64,000 nucleotides of DNA, from positions 124,224 through 188,223 of the forward strand of contig WVYN01000021.1 in NCBI GenBank assembly GCA_011772965.1. Direction: 5' to 3'. Each line of letters starts with the position of its first letter. Position 1 is the stretch's first letter. The notes under the pieces were generated by a model. It did not search any database. It had not been told where the DNA came from and worked only from the letters and a program-made list of their open reading frames with translations. Source of the DNA: Gammaproteobacteria bacterium (GTDB lineage Bacteria > Pseudomonadota > Gammaproteobacteria > Eutrophobiales > Eutrophobiaceae). Below, piece by piece: positions 52,176 through 61,252 of the stretch. The translations under genes were made by a program, and so were the position numbers.

Positions 52176-53609
52176 ATGGCGCAAATCTCAAACATGATGC
52201 TGTTGTTACCCGAGATAATTCTCCTGGGCTTTGCCTGCCTTATCCTAGTGGTTGATACCTTCAGCACAGATCCGGACCACAGGATCACCTATGTACTTTC
52301 CCAGCTGGCACTGGTGATTACCATCAGTCTAGTGTTTTACCTGCACACGGGGGCCACTGCTTTAGCCTTTGGCGATGTTTTCATCAGTGATCCCATGAGC
52401 AGTGCGCTTAAGGCCATGATTGCCCTGTATGGTCTGGTATTGTTCCTGTATTCATTCGAGTATCTGACCAAGCAGGGGTGGGTCAAGGGCGAGTATTTTG
52501 TCCTCGGCCTGTTTGCAATCCTTGGCACGATGGTGCTGGTATCTGCCTACAGCATGATAACGGTATACCTCGGTCTTGAATTATTATCGCTCTCACTCTA
52601 CGCCATGGTTGCCATGAACAGGGACTCCGCCAGTGCTTCGGAAGCCGCCATGAAATATTTTGTTCTGGGTGCGCTTGCCTCGGGCATGTTGTTGTATGGC
52701 ATATCCATACTTTACGGCATTACCGGCACCTTCCAGCTTAATGAATTGAACCAGCAAATTCTGCAACACTCCGAGCAAACCGGGCTGTTGGTCTTTGCTA
52801 TGGTCTTTATCATTGTGGGAATCGCCTTCAAACTAGGTGCCGTGCCGTTTCATATGTGGGTGCCGGATGTTTATCAGGGTGCACCTACCGCTGTTACCAT
52901 GTTCGTGGGCAGTATTCCCAAGATCGCCGCATTTGCCATGGCAATGCGATTGCTGGTCAATGGCCTTGAACCGCTGATGACCAACTGGCAGACCATATTG
53001 ATCATTCTGGCCGTATTGTCGATGGGCATCGGAAATATTACGGCCATAGCACAATCCAACATCAAGCGTCTGCTGGCTTATTCAACCATTGCCCATATCG
53101 GTTTCCTGTTACTGGGGATTATCGCCGGCAGTCAGCAGGGTTATGCGGCATCCATGTTCTATGTCATTACCTATGCACTGATGAGTATGGGGGCCTTTGG
53201 TGTTGTGATCCTGCTCAGTCGAAAAGACTTTGAATCCGATTTGCTTGAAGATCTGAAAGGCCTGTCCGACAGAAATCCCTGGTTTGCTTTCATCATGCTG
53301 ATCCTGATGTTTTCCCTGGCCGGTGTGCCGCCGTTTGTCGGTTTCTGGGCCAAGTGGTTTGTTCTGAAAGAACTGGTGGCCTCAGGCTTTATCTGGGTTG
53401 CGGCAGCGGCCGTGTTTTTCGCGATCATCGGGGCCTTTTATTACCTGCGCATTATCAAGTTGATGTACTTTGACAAGGCCGATGAAACCCCGGCGCTCGA
53501 AGCAACGGCACAGATGCAGGTGGTATTGAGCCTGAATGGTATTGCACTCTTGATTATTGGACTGTCGCCGGGTCTGCTCATGGCTCTGTGTCTATCCTCC
53601 CTGTTGTAA
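52176..53609 (+). CDS. nuoN: NADH-quinone oxidoreductase subunit N
   Basis: 477 aa. Confidence 0.9.
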   Translation: MAQISNMMLLLPEIILLGFACLILVVDTFSTDPDHRITYVLSQLALVITISLVFYLHTGATALAFGDVFISDPMSSALKAMIALYGLVLFLYSFEYLTKQGWVKGEYFVLGLFAILGTMVLVSAYSMITVYLGLELLSLSLYAMVAMNRDSASASEAAMKYFVLGALASGMLLYGISILYGITGTFQLNELNQQILQHSEQTGLLVFAMVFIIVGIAFKLGAVPFHMWVPDVYQGAPTAVTMFVGSIPKIAAFAMAMRLLVNGLEPLMTNWQTILIILAVLSMGIGNITAIAQSNIKRLLAYSTIAHIGFLLLGIIAGSQQGYAASMFYVITYALMSMGAFGVVILLSRKDFESDLLEDLKGLSDRNPWFAFIMLILMFSLAGVPPFVGFWAKWFVLKELVASGFIWVAAAAVFFAIIGAFYYLRIIKLMYFDKADETPALEATAQMQVVLSLNGIALLIIGLSPGLLMALCLSSLL

Positions 53610-53659
53610 GACTGACTCTCAAATCACCAATCGTTGTTCAACCAGGTATCAAATGGATA

Positions 53660-54535
53660 TCAAGGCCCCTGAACCTTGCCAATGGTCATCCCTACCTTGA
53701 CCCGGTCTCCGGGCTTGAAACGGTGCAACCATTGCATGTGATCATTTTCGTAAATCATAATTACCGTTGAACCCATATTGAAACGTCCAATCTCATCGCC
53801 TTTGCGATATACCAGTGGATTTCCAGGCACATCGTAAGTTGTCGTGGTGATGGTCCGTTTGTTCCCCGGTGTAATCTGCCCCGCCCACACGGTTTCCATA
53901 CTGCTGACAAAAATGGCTCCGACGAAAACAATAGCCATTTGGCCAATGGTCGTATCAAAGTAACAAATGACCCGCTCGTTTCTGGCAAAAAGCCGGTCAA
54001 CGACTTCAGTAGTATGCTGGTTGACGGCAAACAGGCGGCCGGGAACATGGATCATCTTTTTTAATGTGCCGTCAAAGGGCATGTGGATCCGGTGATAATC
54101 CCTAGGTGCAAGATACAAGGTCGCAAATTGACCCTCGTCAAAGCCATGGGACGTATCTGCGTTATTGACGAGCAGTTCACTCAGCCGGTAATTTCTGCCC
54201 TTTGCCTGGATGAGTTGCTGATCATGTATCGTTCCAATCTGGCTCACCGTACCGTCGACAGGGGAAATGATATCAGTTGCAGAGCGACTGATTGGCCGCG
54301 CCAGCGGGGCCAGCGCCCGGGTAAAGAAGGCATTAAAATCCGGGTACTGCTCAACCTCGGATTCCGCAGCAATGTCCAAGTTGACCTTGAATACCCGAAT
54401 GAAGACTTTAATCAAAGCATTCTTTAATGGCTTCCAGCGCCAACGGCTGATTTTATAGATAAGCCGTGACAGTAGATGCTGTGGTATCACATACTGCGGC
54501 AGTACCCGGACGCGGTTCAGAAACGATTGTCTCAA
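53660..54535 (-). CDS. psd: Phosphatidylserine decarboxylase proenzyme
   Basis: LGST-type self-cleavage motif (FNMGSTV) near the C-terminus; 291 aa. Confidence 0.85.
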   Translation of the reverse strand: MRQSFLNRVRVLPQYVIPQHLLSRLIYKISRWRWKPLKNALIKVFIRVFKVNLDIAAESEVEQYPDFNAFFTRALAPLARPISRSATDIISPVDGTVSQIGTIHDQQLIQAKGRNYRLSELLVNNADTSHGFDEGQFATLYLAPRDYHRIHMPFDGTLKKMIHVPGRLFAVNQHTTEVVDRLFARNERVICYFDTTIGQMAIVFVGAIFVSSMETVWAGQITPGNKRTITTTTYDVPGNPLVYRKGDEIGRFNMGSTVIMIYENDHMQWLHRFKPGDRVKVGMTIGKVQGP

Positions 54536-54546
54536 ATGGTTCTTCC

Positions 54547-55017
54547 CTAATGTTTGTGATGATGATGTTGCTGCTGCTGCTGATAGTTTCCTGGCTTTCT
54601 CACGGTCATGTTGATATCTATTGTTATTTTCCTATTAAATTCAAGGCTCACAGAAACATGATCTCCAGCTCGCAGAGGGTTATGATTATTAATCAGCATC
54701 AGGTGATAGCCCCCCGGTGAAAACTCAAAACGGGTTCCAGCCGGAATAGTTATCGACTCCTGTATTTTCATCGACGCCATACCATCAATGATATCGGAGA
54801 AGTGAAATTCAATACGCTCATAGGCATTACTGCTCGCAGACAGCAAAATAACATCATCGTCAGCATGATTTTCTATCACAAGGTATCCGGCATGGACTTT
54901 CAGCATTGGCGGGGCCTCGCTAATCCAGGCACTGGTGACTCCGATGGCCGGATCGGCAAATACCGCCGCGGGCGCAAACAGTGACATCAGAATAAAAAAA
55001 GAAGCCACGTAACGCAT
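54547..55017 (-). CDS. Periplasmic copper chaperone PCu(A)C with C-terminal Gln/His-rich tail
   Basis: Signal peptide plus an H(M)...M copper-binding pattern (GGYHLMLI). Tail QQQQQHHHHKH. Confidence 0.7.
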   Translation of the reverse strand: MRYVASFFILMSLFAPAAVFADPAIGVTSAWISEAPPMLKVHAGYLVIENHADDDVILLSASSNAYERIEFHFSDIIDGMASMKIQESITIPAGTRFEFSPGGYHLMLINNHNPLRAGDHVSVSLEFNRKITIDINMTVRKPGNYQQQQQHHHHKH

Positions 55018-55668
55018 TTACTGCTTGAGTTTTGTTACAGCGGATCTGATTGCCTGGAATCGTTGTAGCAAGTCAGTTGGCTGATGTGGTGCGGAGAAAA
55101 TACCAATCCATTCACGCTCGGGTGACACCAGGAATATTGAAGCTGAATGATCGACGAGGTAATTACCACTGGCATCTTTTTCACCCAGAAAATAGGCAAT
55201 ACCAATCATTCTGGTCATCTGGTCAACCTGTGACTTGCTCCCGGTCAGGCCGATAAAGTCCTTGTGAAAGTAACGGGTATACTCCGCCGTCTTCTCAGGT
55301 GTATCACGTCCAGGGTCAACCGAGATAAATATAACCTGAACATTGCTGGCATTAGCCTCAGACTCGAGTTTTTCATAGAATTTTTGCAGAACTGCCAGGG
55401 TAACTGGACAGATGTCAGGGCAGTGGGTGTAACCATAGAACAATAATGACCACTTGCCCTCCATGTCCTCATGGGTAAATCGTGCACCGTCCTGGTTGAC
55501 TGCAGAGAATGGCGGGATGACCTTTGGTGCCGGCCAGAGAAAGCCGTCGATGGCCGGAGTAGTTTCTTCAGACCGGTAATAGTTGGAGGTAAGGATACCT
55601 ACAGATAGTCCCAAAATGACGCAAATTACCACAAACAGGGAAGAAAGTAGCAAGCGGTTTTTTATCAT
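55018..55668 (-). CDS. SCO1/SenC family copper chaperone (thioredoxin-like)
   Basis: N-terminal TM anchor, CPDICP and a conserved His. Confidence 0.8.
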   Translation of the reverse strand: MIKNRLLLSSLFVVICVILGLSVGILTSNYYRSEETTPAIDGFLWPAPKVIPPFSAVNQDGARFTHEDMEGKWSLLFYGYTHCPDICPVTLAVLQKFYEKLESEANASNVQVIFISVDPGRDTPEKTAEYTRYFHKDFIGLTGSKSQVDQMTRMIGIAYFLGEKDASGNYLVDHSASIFLVSPEREWIGIFSAPHQPTDLLQRFQAIRSAVTKLKQ

Positions 55669-55806
55669 CCGGCCATTATACCTGAAGCGGTCTTCGATAG
55701 CAGGCGCATGGAGTATTCAACACAGGGGCTTAAAACAGATATAATGGTTGCACCCCGCAATAATGACGGGGTTTTATATTGAAACCCCGGCCAAGCATAA
55801 ATCCAG

Positions 55807-56163
55807 ATGGAATATCTCACCGGACAATACAACTACTGGGTTGTCATCATTCTCATGATGATCGGCTTCTATATTGTTATATCCCATGGCAACCTGGTTA
55901 AAAAACTTATTGGTCTGAATATTTTCCAGGTGTCCGTATTCATTCTTTATATCTCCATGGCCTATGTCAGGGGAGGGACCGCTCCCATCGATGCTGCCGA
56001 ATACTCACTGTATGCCAGCCCCTTGCCACATGTTTTGATCCTGACGGCCATTGTTGTTGGCGTTGCAACCACTTCACTCGGTTTGGCACTGGTCGTGCGC
56101 ATTTACAGGGCCTTTGGAACGATTGAAGAAAGCCAGTTAAGTCACGTGGAAGAAGACGACTGA
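55807..56163 (+). CDS. MrpC / NuoK-like small antiporter-module subunit
   Basis: SPLPHVLILTAIVVG (compare MrpC DPLPQALILTAIVI); 3 TM. Confidence 0.7.
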   Translation: MEYLTGQYNYWVVIILMMIGFYIVISHGNLVKKLIGLNIFQVSVFILYISMAYVRGGTAPIDAAEYSLYASPLPHVLILTAIVVGVATTSLGLALVVRIYRAFGTIEESQLSHVEEDD

Positions 56164-56165
56164 GT

Positions 56166-57644
56166 ATGACACATTCGCTTGTTCTTCTGGTTGTCATACC
56201 ACTGATTGCTACACCTGTTTGTATCCTTTTGCACAAGCGCCTGCTGATATGGCCGGTGGTATTCACCGTCAGCTGGATTACCTTTTATATAGCCTGTGAC
56301 CTGATGTTGGCCGTGCGTGATGGCGGGGAGATTTACTATTATCTTGGCAGTTGGGCAGCCCCATGGGGAATAGAATACCGGCTGGACAGTTTAAACGCGC
56401 TGGTTGCCGTGATTGTATCCGGTGTTAATGCACTGGTTATCAGTTTTGCCCGGGCTAGTATATTCCAGGAGATCCCTGAGGACAGGATTTACCTGTTCTA
56501 CTGTGCTTACCTGCTGAATCTGGCTGGACTGCTGGGTGTCACCGTGACGGGTGATGTGTTCAACATGTTCGTCTTTATTGAAATCTCGTCACTCTCATCC
56601 TATGCCATGATCAGCCTGGGTAAGCATCGACAGGCCTTGCTCGCAGCCTACCGATACCTGATCATGGGGACAATCGGTGCTACCTTTATCCTGATCGGTA
56701 TCGGCCTGCTTTATGCAGTCACCGGGACGCTGAATATACCGGATCTGCATACGCGCCTTTCAGCCATGGAAACATCACGGACAGTCATAACGGCTGGTGC
56801 ATTTCTAACTGTCGGCATTACCCTGAAATTTGCATTGTTCCCGCTGCATAGCTGGTTACCAAATGCATATACGTATGCGCCCTCGGTAGTGTCTGCCTTT
56901 CTGGCCGGTACTACAACAAAAGTATTTATCTATGTACTTCTGAGATTCCTATTTTCCATATTTGGTACCGGGAATATGTTTGATATTGTCTCTCTGGACA
57001 AGGTGCTGATGATCTGTGCCTTGCTTGCCATCTACAGCGGATCGATCTCGGCTATCTACCAGAATAACATCAAGAAGATGCTGGCCTATTCCAGCATTGC
57101 CCAGATAGGTTACATTGTGCTGGGCATCAGTATCAGCAGTGTTGCCGGTCTAACAGCCGGTATTATTCACCTGTTTAACCATGCCCTGATGAAAACCGCC
57201 TTGTTCCTTTGCGTTGCCTGCATTGTCTATCGTACCGGCAAGGTCAGCCTGAAGTCGCTGGGTGGTATTGGCAAAGCCATGCCATGGACCATGGCGGCAT
57301 TTGTGGTTGCAGGATTGAGCATGATCGGGGTCCCGCTGACTGTTGGTTTCATCAGCAAGTGGTACCTGATTCTGTCTGCCCTCAATCAGGAAGCCTGGTG
57401 GCTGGCTCTGGCAATCCTGACAGGTTCGCTGATCACCATTATCTATGTCTGGCGTGTGGTTGAAGCCGCCTGGTTCAGGACTCCGGCAAGCGAACTGCGT
57501 TCCGGTAAGATCCGGGAAGCGCCTCTTTCCATGCTCGTACCATTGTGGATCCTGGTGATTGCCAATATCTATTTTGGCGTGGATACCGGGATCACGGCCC
57601 AGATGGCGCGCCAATCTGCTGAATTACTGATGGGAATGCCGTGA
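56166..57644 (+). CDS. MrpD/NuoL-M-N-like proton-conducting membrane transporter subunit (1 of 3)
   Basis: 492 aa polytopic protein with PF00361-type core motifs (WLPNAY, TTKVFIYVLLRF); starts 3 bp after the previous gene. Confidence 0.75.
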   Translation: MTHSLVLLVVIPLIATPVCILLHKRLLIWPVVFTVSWITFYIACDLMLAVRDGGEIYYYLGSWAAPWGIEYRLDSLNALVAVIVSGVNALVISFARASIFQEIPEDRIYLFYCAYLLNLAGLLGVTVTGDVFNMFVFIEISSLSSYAMISLGKHRQALLAAYRYLIMGTIGATFILIGIGLLYAVTGTLNIPDLHTRLSAMETSRTVITAGAFLTVGITLKFALFPLHSWLPNAYTYAPSVVSAFLAGTTTKVFIYVLLRFLFSIFGTGNMFDIVSLDKVLMICALLAIYSGSISAIYQNNIKKMLAYSSIAQIGYIVLGISISSVAGLTAGIIHLFNHALMKTALFLCVACIVYRTGKVSLKSLGGIGKAMPWTMAAFVVAGLSMIGVPLTVGFISKWYLILSALNQEAWWLALAILTGSLITIIYVWRVVEAAWFRTPASELRSGKIREAPLSMLVPLWILVIANIYFGVDTGITAQMARQSAELLMGMP

Positions 57645-59101
57645 TGGCAGAGCATGATCTGATCCTATTAACTATTTTGATCCCGGTTCTCGGTTCGATA
57701 TTGATTGCGATCGCGGGAGAAAGATACAGGGATGTCCGAGAGGGTATTTCATTATTATCCGCCGTCTTGCTGTTTATCGTGGTTTACCTTCTGTACCAGG
57801 AATTACCGGAGAGCCATCTGGAAGCTGTAAAGCTGGCAACAGTCATGCCGGGTCTGACAATAGCATTCAGACTGGAGCCACTGGGCATTCTGTTTGCAAT
57901 GATTGCCAGTTTTCTCTGGATCATCACCACAATTTTTTCGATCGGTTACATGCGTGGAAACGGGGAACCTCACCAGACCCGATTTTATGTCTGCTTTGCG
58001 TGGGCGATTGCATCGGCCATGGGTGTAGCCCTGAGCGCAAACATGTTTTCACTGTTTATCTTTTATGAATTTTTGACCCTGACTACCTATCCCCTGGTCA
58101 CACATAGTGGAACGGATGAAGCCATGCGCTCGGGCAGACTTTACCTGGGTTACCTGTTGGGTACCTCAATCTGTTTACAGTTATTTGCCATAGTCTGGAC
58201 CTGGTCATTGACTGGAACGCTTGATTTTACCCGTGGTGGCGTGTTTGGCGGGGAATCTTCCGAAATAGTCGTGACGGTGTTGTTTGCCCTCTATATTTTT
58301 GGTATTGGCAAGGCGGCCCTGATGCCGTTTCATCGTTGGCTGCCGGCGGCGATGGTGGCACCGACCCCGGTCAGCGCTCTGTTACATGCGGTGGCGGTGG
58401 TCAAAGCTGGCGTATTCACGGTATTAAAAATCAGTGTCTACCTGTTCGGGCTGGATGAACTTGCTTCCTCGGGTGCCGCCGACTGGCTGGTGTTTGTTTC
58501 CGGCGCAACGATTATCATCGCCTCGGTGATTGCCTTGCAACAGGATAACCTGAAAGCGCGCCTGGCTTATTCCACCATCAGCCAGTTATCCTACGTTATT
58601 ATGGCAACGGTAGTTTTGGCACCCTTATCCATAATCGGTGCCGCAATGCATATAGCTGTACATGCCCTTGGCAAGATCACACTGTTCTTTTGTGCAGGAT
58701 CAATTTACACCGCGTCAAAGAAAAAAAATGTCAGTCAACTGGATGGTATTGGACATTATATGCCATGGACCATGGCAGCGTTTACAATCGGGTCACTGTC
58801 GATGATTGGGGTGCCGCCCGCTGCCGGTTTTCTGAGCAAGTGGTACATGTTGCTGGGTGCCTACCAGGCACAGGTATGGACTGTGGTTACAGTAATCGTA
58901 ATCAGTACCCTGTTGAATGCGGCTTATTTCCTGCCGATTGTATACGCTGCTTATTTCAGGGAACCACCCAGGACTATAACGCCTCATGGTGAGGCGCCGG
59001 CACCTGTCGTCATTGCCCTGTGCCTAACGGCGGTACTGACACTGGCAGTCTTTTGCTATCCCGGGCCACTACTGGAACTTGTAAGACAGATTGGAAAGTA
59101 A
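57641..59101 (+). CDS. MrpD/NuoL-M-N-like proton-conducting membrane transporter subunit (2 of 3)
   Basis: 486 aa; ATGA overlap with the previous gene; WLPAAM motif. Confidence 0.75.
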   Translation: MMAEHDLILLTILIPVLGSILIAIAGERYRDVREGISLLSAVLLFIVVYLLYQELPESHLEAVKLATVMPGLTIAFRLEPLGILFAMIASFLWIITTIFSIGYMRGNGEPHQTRFYVCFAWAIASAMGVALSANMFSLFIFYEFLTLTTYPLVTHSGTDEAMRSGRLYLGYLLGTSICLQLFAIVWTWSLTGTLDFTRGGVFGGESSEIVVTVLFALYIFGIGKAALMPFHRWLPAAMVAPTPVSALLHAVAVVKAGVFTVLKISVYLFGLDELASSGAADWLVFVSGATIIIASVIALQQDNLKARLAYSTISQLSYVIMATVVLAPLSIIGAAMHIAVHALGKITLFFCAGSIYTASKKKNVSQLDGIGHYMPWTMAAFTIGSLSMIGVPPAAGFLSKWYMLLGAYQAQVWTVVTVIVISTLLNAAYFLPIVYAAYFREPPRTITPHGEAPAPVVIALCLTAVLTLAVFCYPGPLLELVRQIGK

Positions 59102-59343
59102 TGATGAAGAAACACTGGTTATATACCGATGAAGGGCGCCGCACTGTCTGGCGGGTTGGGCTTGCTGTTCTTGCTATCACGGTCATCGTGGAATGGTTTG
59201 TTTCATTACATCCACATTTCACCATCGAAAAGGTCTTTGCCTTTCATGCCATCTTCGGATTCCTGAGTTGTGTTGCCATGGTGCTGTTTGCCAGGTTATT
59301 GGGATTCTTAATCAAGCGCAGGGATGATTATTATGATCAGTAG
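59101..59343 (+). CDS. 80-aa two-TM protein of unknown function embedded in the Mrp-like operon
   Basis: MMKKHW...; its start overlaps the previous stop. The longer ORF from 59020 was rejected. Confidence 0.45.
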   Translation: MMKKHWLYTDEGRRTVWRVGLAVLAITVIVEWFVSLHPHFTIEKVFAFHAIFGFLSCVAMVLFARLLGFLIKRRDDYYDQ

Positions 59344-61024
59344 CCTGTTGCATCCCGGATTGCTCCTGATACTCGGTGGTTTGTTACTACCTATGTTCAG
59401 TGGAATCTGGCGTACGGCATGGTCGCTGCTTATACCCCTGTTGTCACTGGCCGGGGTATGGCTGGCAAACAATAATGCTTTCCCGGCCATTACCTTCCTG
59501 GATTATGAACTAGCCTACTATGAAGCAGACAGGCTGAGCCGATTATTCGCAACAGTATTTGCCATCATGGCATTTACCGGAATCCTGTTCTGCTACCGGC
59601 AGGCAAGAATCACAGAAATGTCAGCAGCCATGGTTTATGGCGGTTCTGCGATCGGCGTCGTCTTTGCGGGCGATCTCATTACACTTTTTGTCTTCTGGGA
59701 ATTGATGGCACTGGGTTCCATGTTCATTCTCTGGGCGGCAGGTACCCGTGCAGCCTGGTATGCCAGTCGCCGTTACATCATGATTCACTTGCTGGGCGGT
59801 GTACTATTAATGACAGGGATCGTGGCCCACGTGTTTGAAACCGGCTCAATTGCCTTTACGGCCATGCAGATCGGCAGCGTCGGGACCTGGTTGATACTCA
59901 TTGGCTTTCTGATCAACGTCGGTGCACCGCCTTTGTCCGCCTGGATTGCCGATGCCTACCCGGAAGCCTCGTTCAGCGGCATGGTGTTTTTATCCGCCTT
60001 TACCACCAAGACTGCCATATACGTGTTACTGCGGGGCTTCCCGGGAACCGATATCCTAATCTATCTGGGTCTGTTCATGATCTTTTACGGCATTGTTTAC
60101 GCCCTACTGGAAAACGACATGCGTCGTATCCTCGCCTACAGCATTGTTAACCAGGTTGGTTTCATGGTTTGCGGAATCGGCATCGGTACGGAGCTCGCAC
60201 TTAACGGAGCCGCGGCCCATGCATTCACTCATATTATTTACAAAGCCCTGCTATTAATGTCGGCAGGTTCCGTGTTGTACATGACCGGTAAACGCAAATG
60301 TAGCGACCTGGGTGGCCTGTTCCAATCCATGCCGTTGACAGCCATCTGCGGAATCATCGGGGCATTGGCGATTTCCTCGTTTCCCTTAACCTCTGGGTTC
60401 ATCAGTAAATCCATGATCACCCAGGCATCGGTCAATCAGCATTATTTAACCATCTGGTTGTTGTTACAGGCAGCATCGGCCGGTGTCTTTTTGCATGCCG
60501 GTATCAAGTTTCCCTGGTTCGTGTTTTTCCAGAAGGACTCCGGGCTGCGGCCGTCGGATCCACCATGGAACATGCGTCTGGCAATGTTATTGTTCTCGTT
60601 CTTCTGTATTTTCATGGGAGTAGCACCCGGGTTGCTATACCAGTTGCTGCCATACCCCGTCGACTATGTCCCTTATACGGCTGCACATGTGCTGACACAA
60701 CTCCAGTTGTTGTTATTCTCAGGTCTGGCTTTCTTTGTGCTGTTACCGCTGATGCAACGAACATTAACCATCAGCCTGGATTTCGACTGGGTTTACCGGT
60801 GTCTGCTGCCACGGTGTGCGAGGCTATTTGGAAGTCTGTGGTCACATATCAATCATGGCATGTCACTTGCGCTACTGTGGTTGCGACAGGGATTGCTGAC
60901 CCTTTTTGGCGGAATCTACCAGTCACCCGTGGTGTCGCATTCGGTTGTCCGCATCAGTCTGGCCGTTATCTGGGTCGTGCTCTTCCTTGCCGGTTACCTG
61001 ATCTTCTATCTCATTGAATTCTAG
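59324..61024 (+). CDS. MrpA/MrpD/NuoL-like proton-conducting membrane transporter subunit (3 of 3)
   Basis: 566 aa; overlaps the previous gene by 20 nt. Confidence 0.75.
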   Translation: MIIMISSLLHPGLLLILGGLLLPMFSGIWRTAWSLLIPLLSLAGVWLANNNAFPAITFLDYELAYYEADRLSRLFATVFAIMAFTGILFCYRQARITEMSAAMVYGGSAIGVVFAGDLITLFVFWELMALGSMFILWAAGTRAAWYASRRYIMIHLLGGVLLMTGIVAHVFETGSIAFTAMQIGSVGTWLILIGFLINVGAPPLSAWIADAYPEASFSGMVFLSAFTTKTAIYVLLRGFPGTDILIYLGLFMIFYGIVYALLENDMRRILAYSIVNQVGFMVCGIGIGTELALNGAAAHAFTHIIYKALLLMSAGSVLYMTGKRKCSDLGGLFQSMPLTAICGIIGALAISSFPLTSGFISKSMITQASVNQHYLTIWLLLQAASAGVFLHAGIKFPWFVFFQKDSGLRPSDPPWNMRLAMLLFSFFCIFMGVAPGLLYQLLPYPVDYVPYTAAHVLTQLQLLLFSGLAFFVLLPLMQRTLTISLDFDWVYRCLLPRCARLFGSLWSHINHGMSLALLWLRQGLLTLFGGIYQSPVVSHSVVRISLAVIWVVLFLAGYLIFYLIEF

Positions 61025-61204
61025 TCGGTTTCAGTGATACCCCAGGCGGGGTATTTGACAAACCCTAAAATCATCCGATGGGGGAGACGACGTGAACCCG
61101 GTCCGGCGATAAGATTATGCATGAGGGATCGTCAGTAGAATATGTCATGGAAGATATTCAAGGATTGTCTCTTGTTATTACATCATGGTCACGGAGGAAT
61201 GTTT

Positions 61205-61230
61205 GTGCCAGGGAAGGCACGTTTCTTTTT
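61205..61230 (+). terminator. Rho-independent terminator (GTGCC-AGGGAA-GGCAC + GTTTCTTTTT) in the convergent intergenic region
   Basis: 5-bp GC stem and T-run. A second weaker hairpin lies at 61037-61054. Confidence 0.5.
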
Positions 61231-61252
61231 CATTCTCCTTCAGACATATTAT

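Noticed and set aside
54466-54720. 84-aa ORF with an MMMLLLLL run
   Set aside because: It is the antisense reading of the Gln/His triplet repeat of the PCu(A)C gene.
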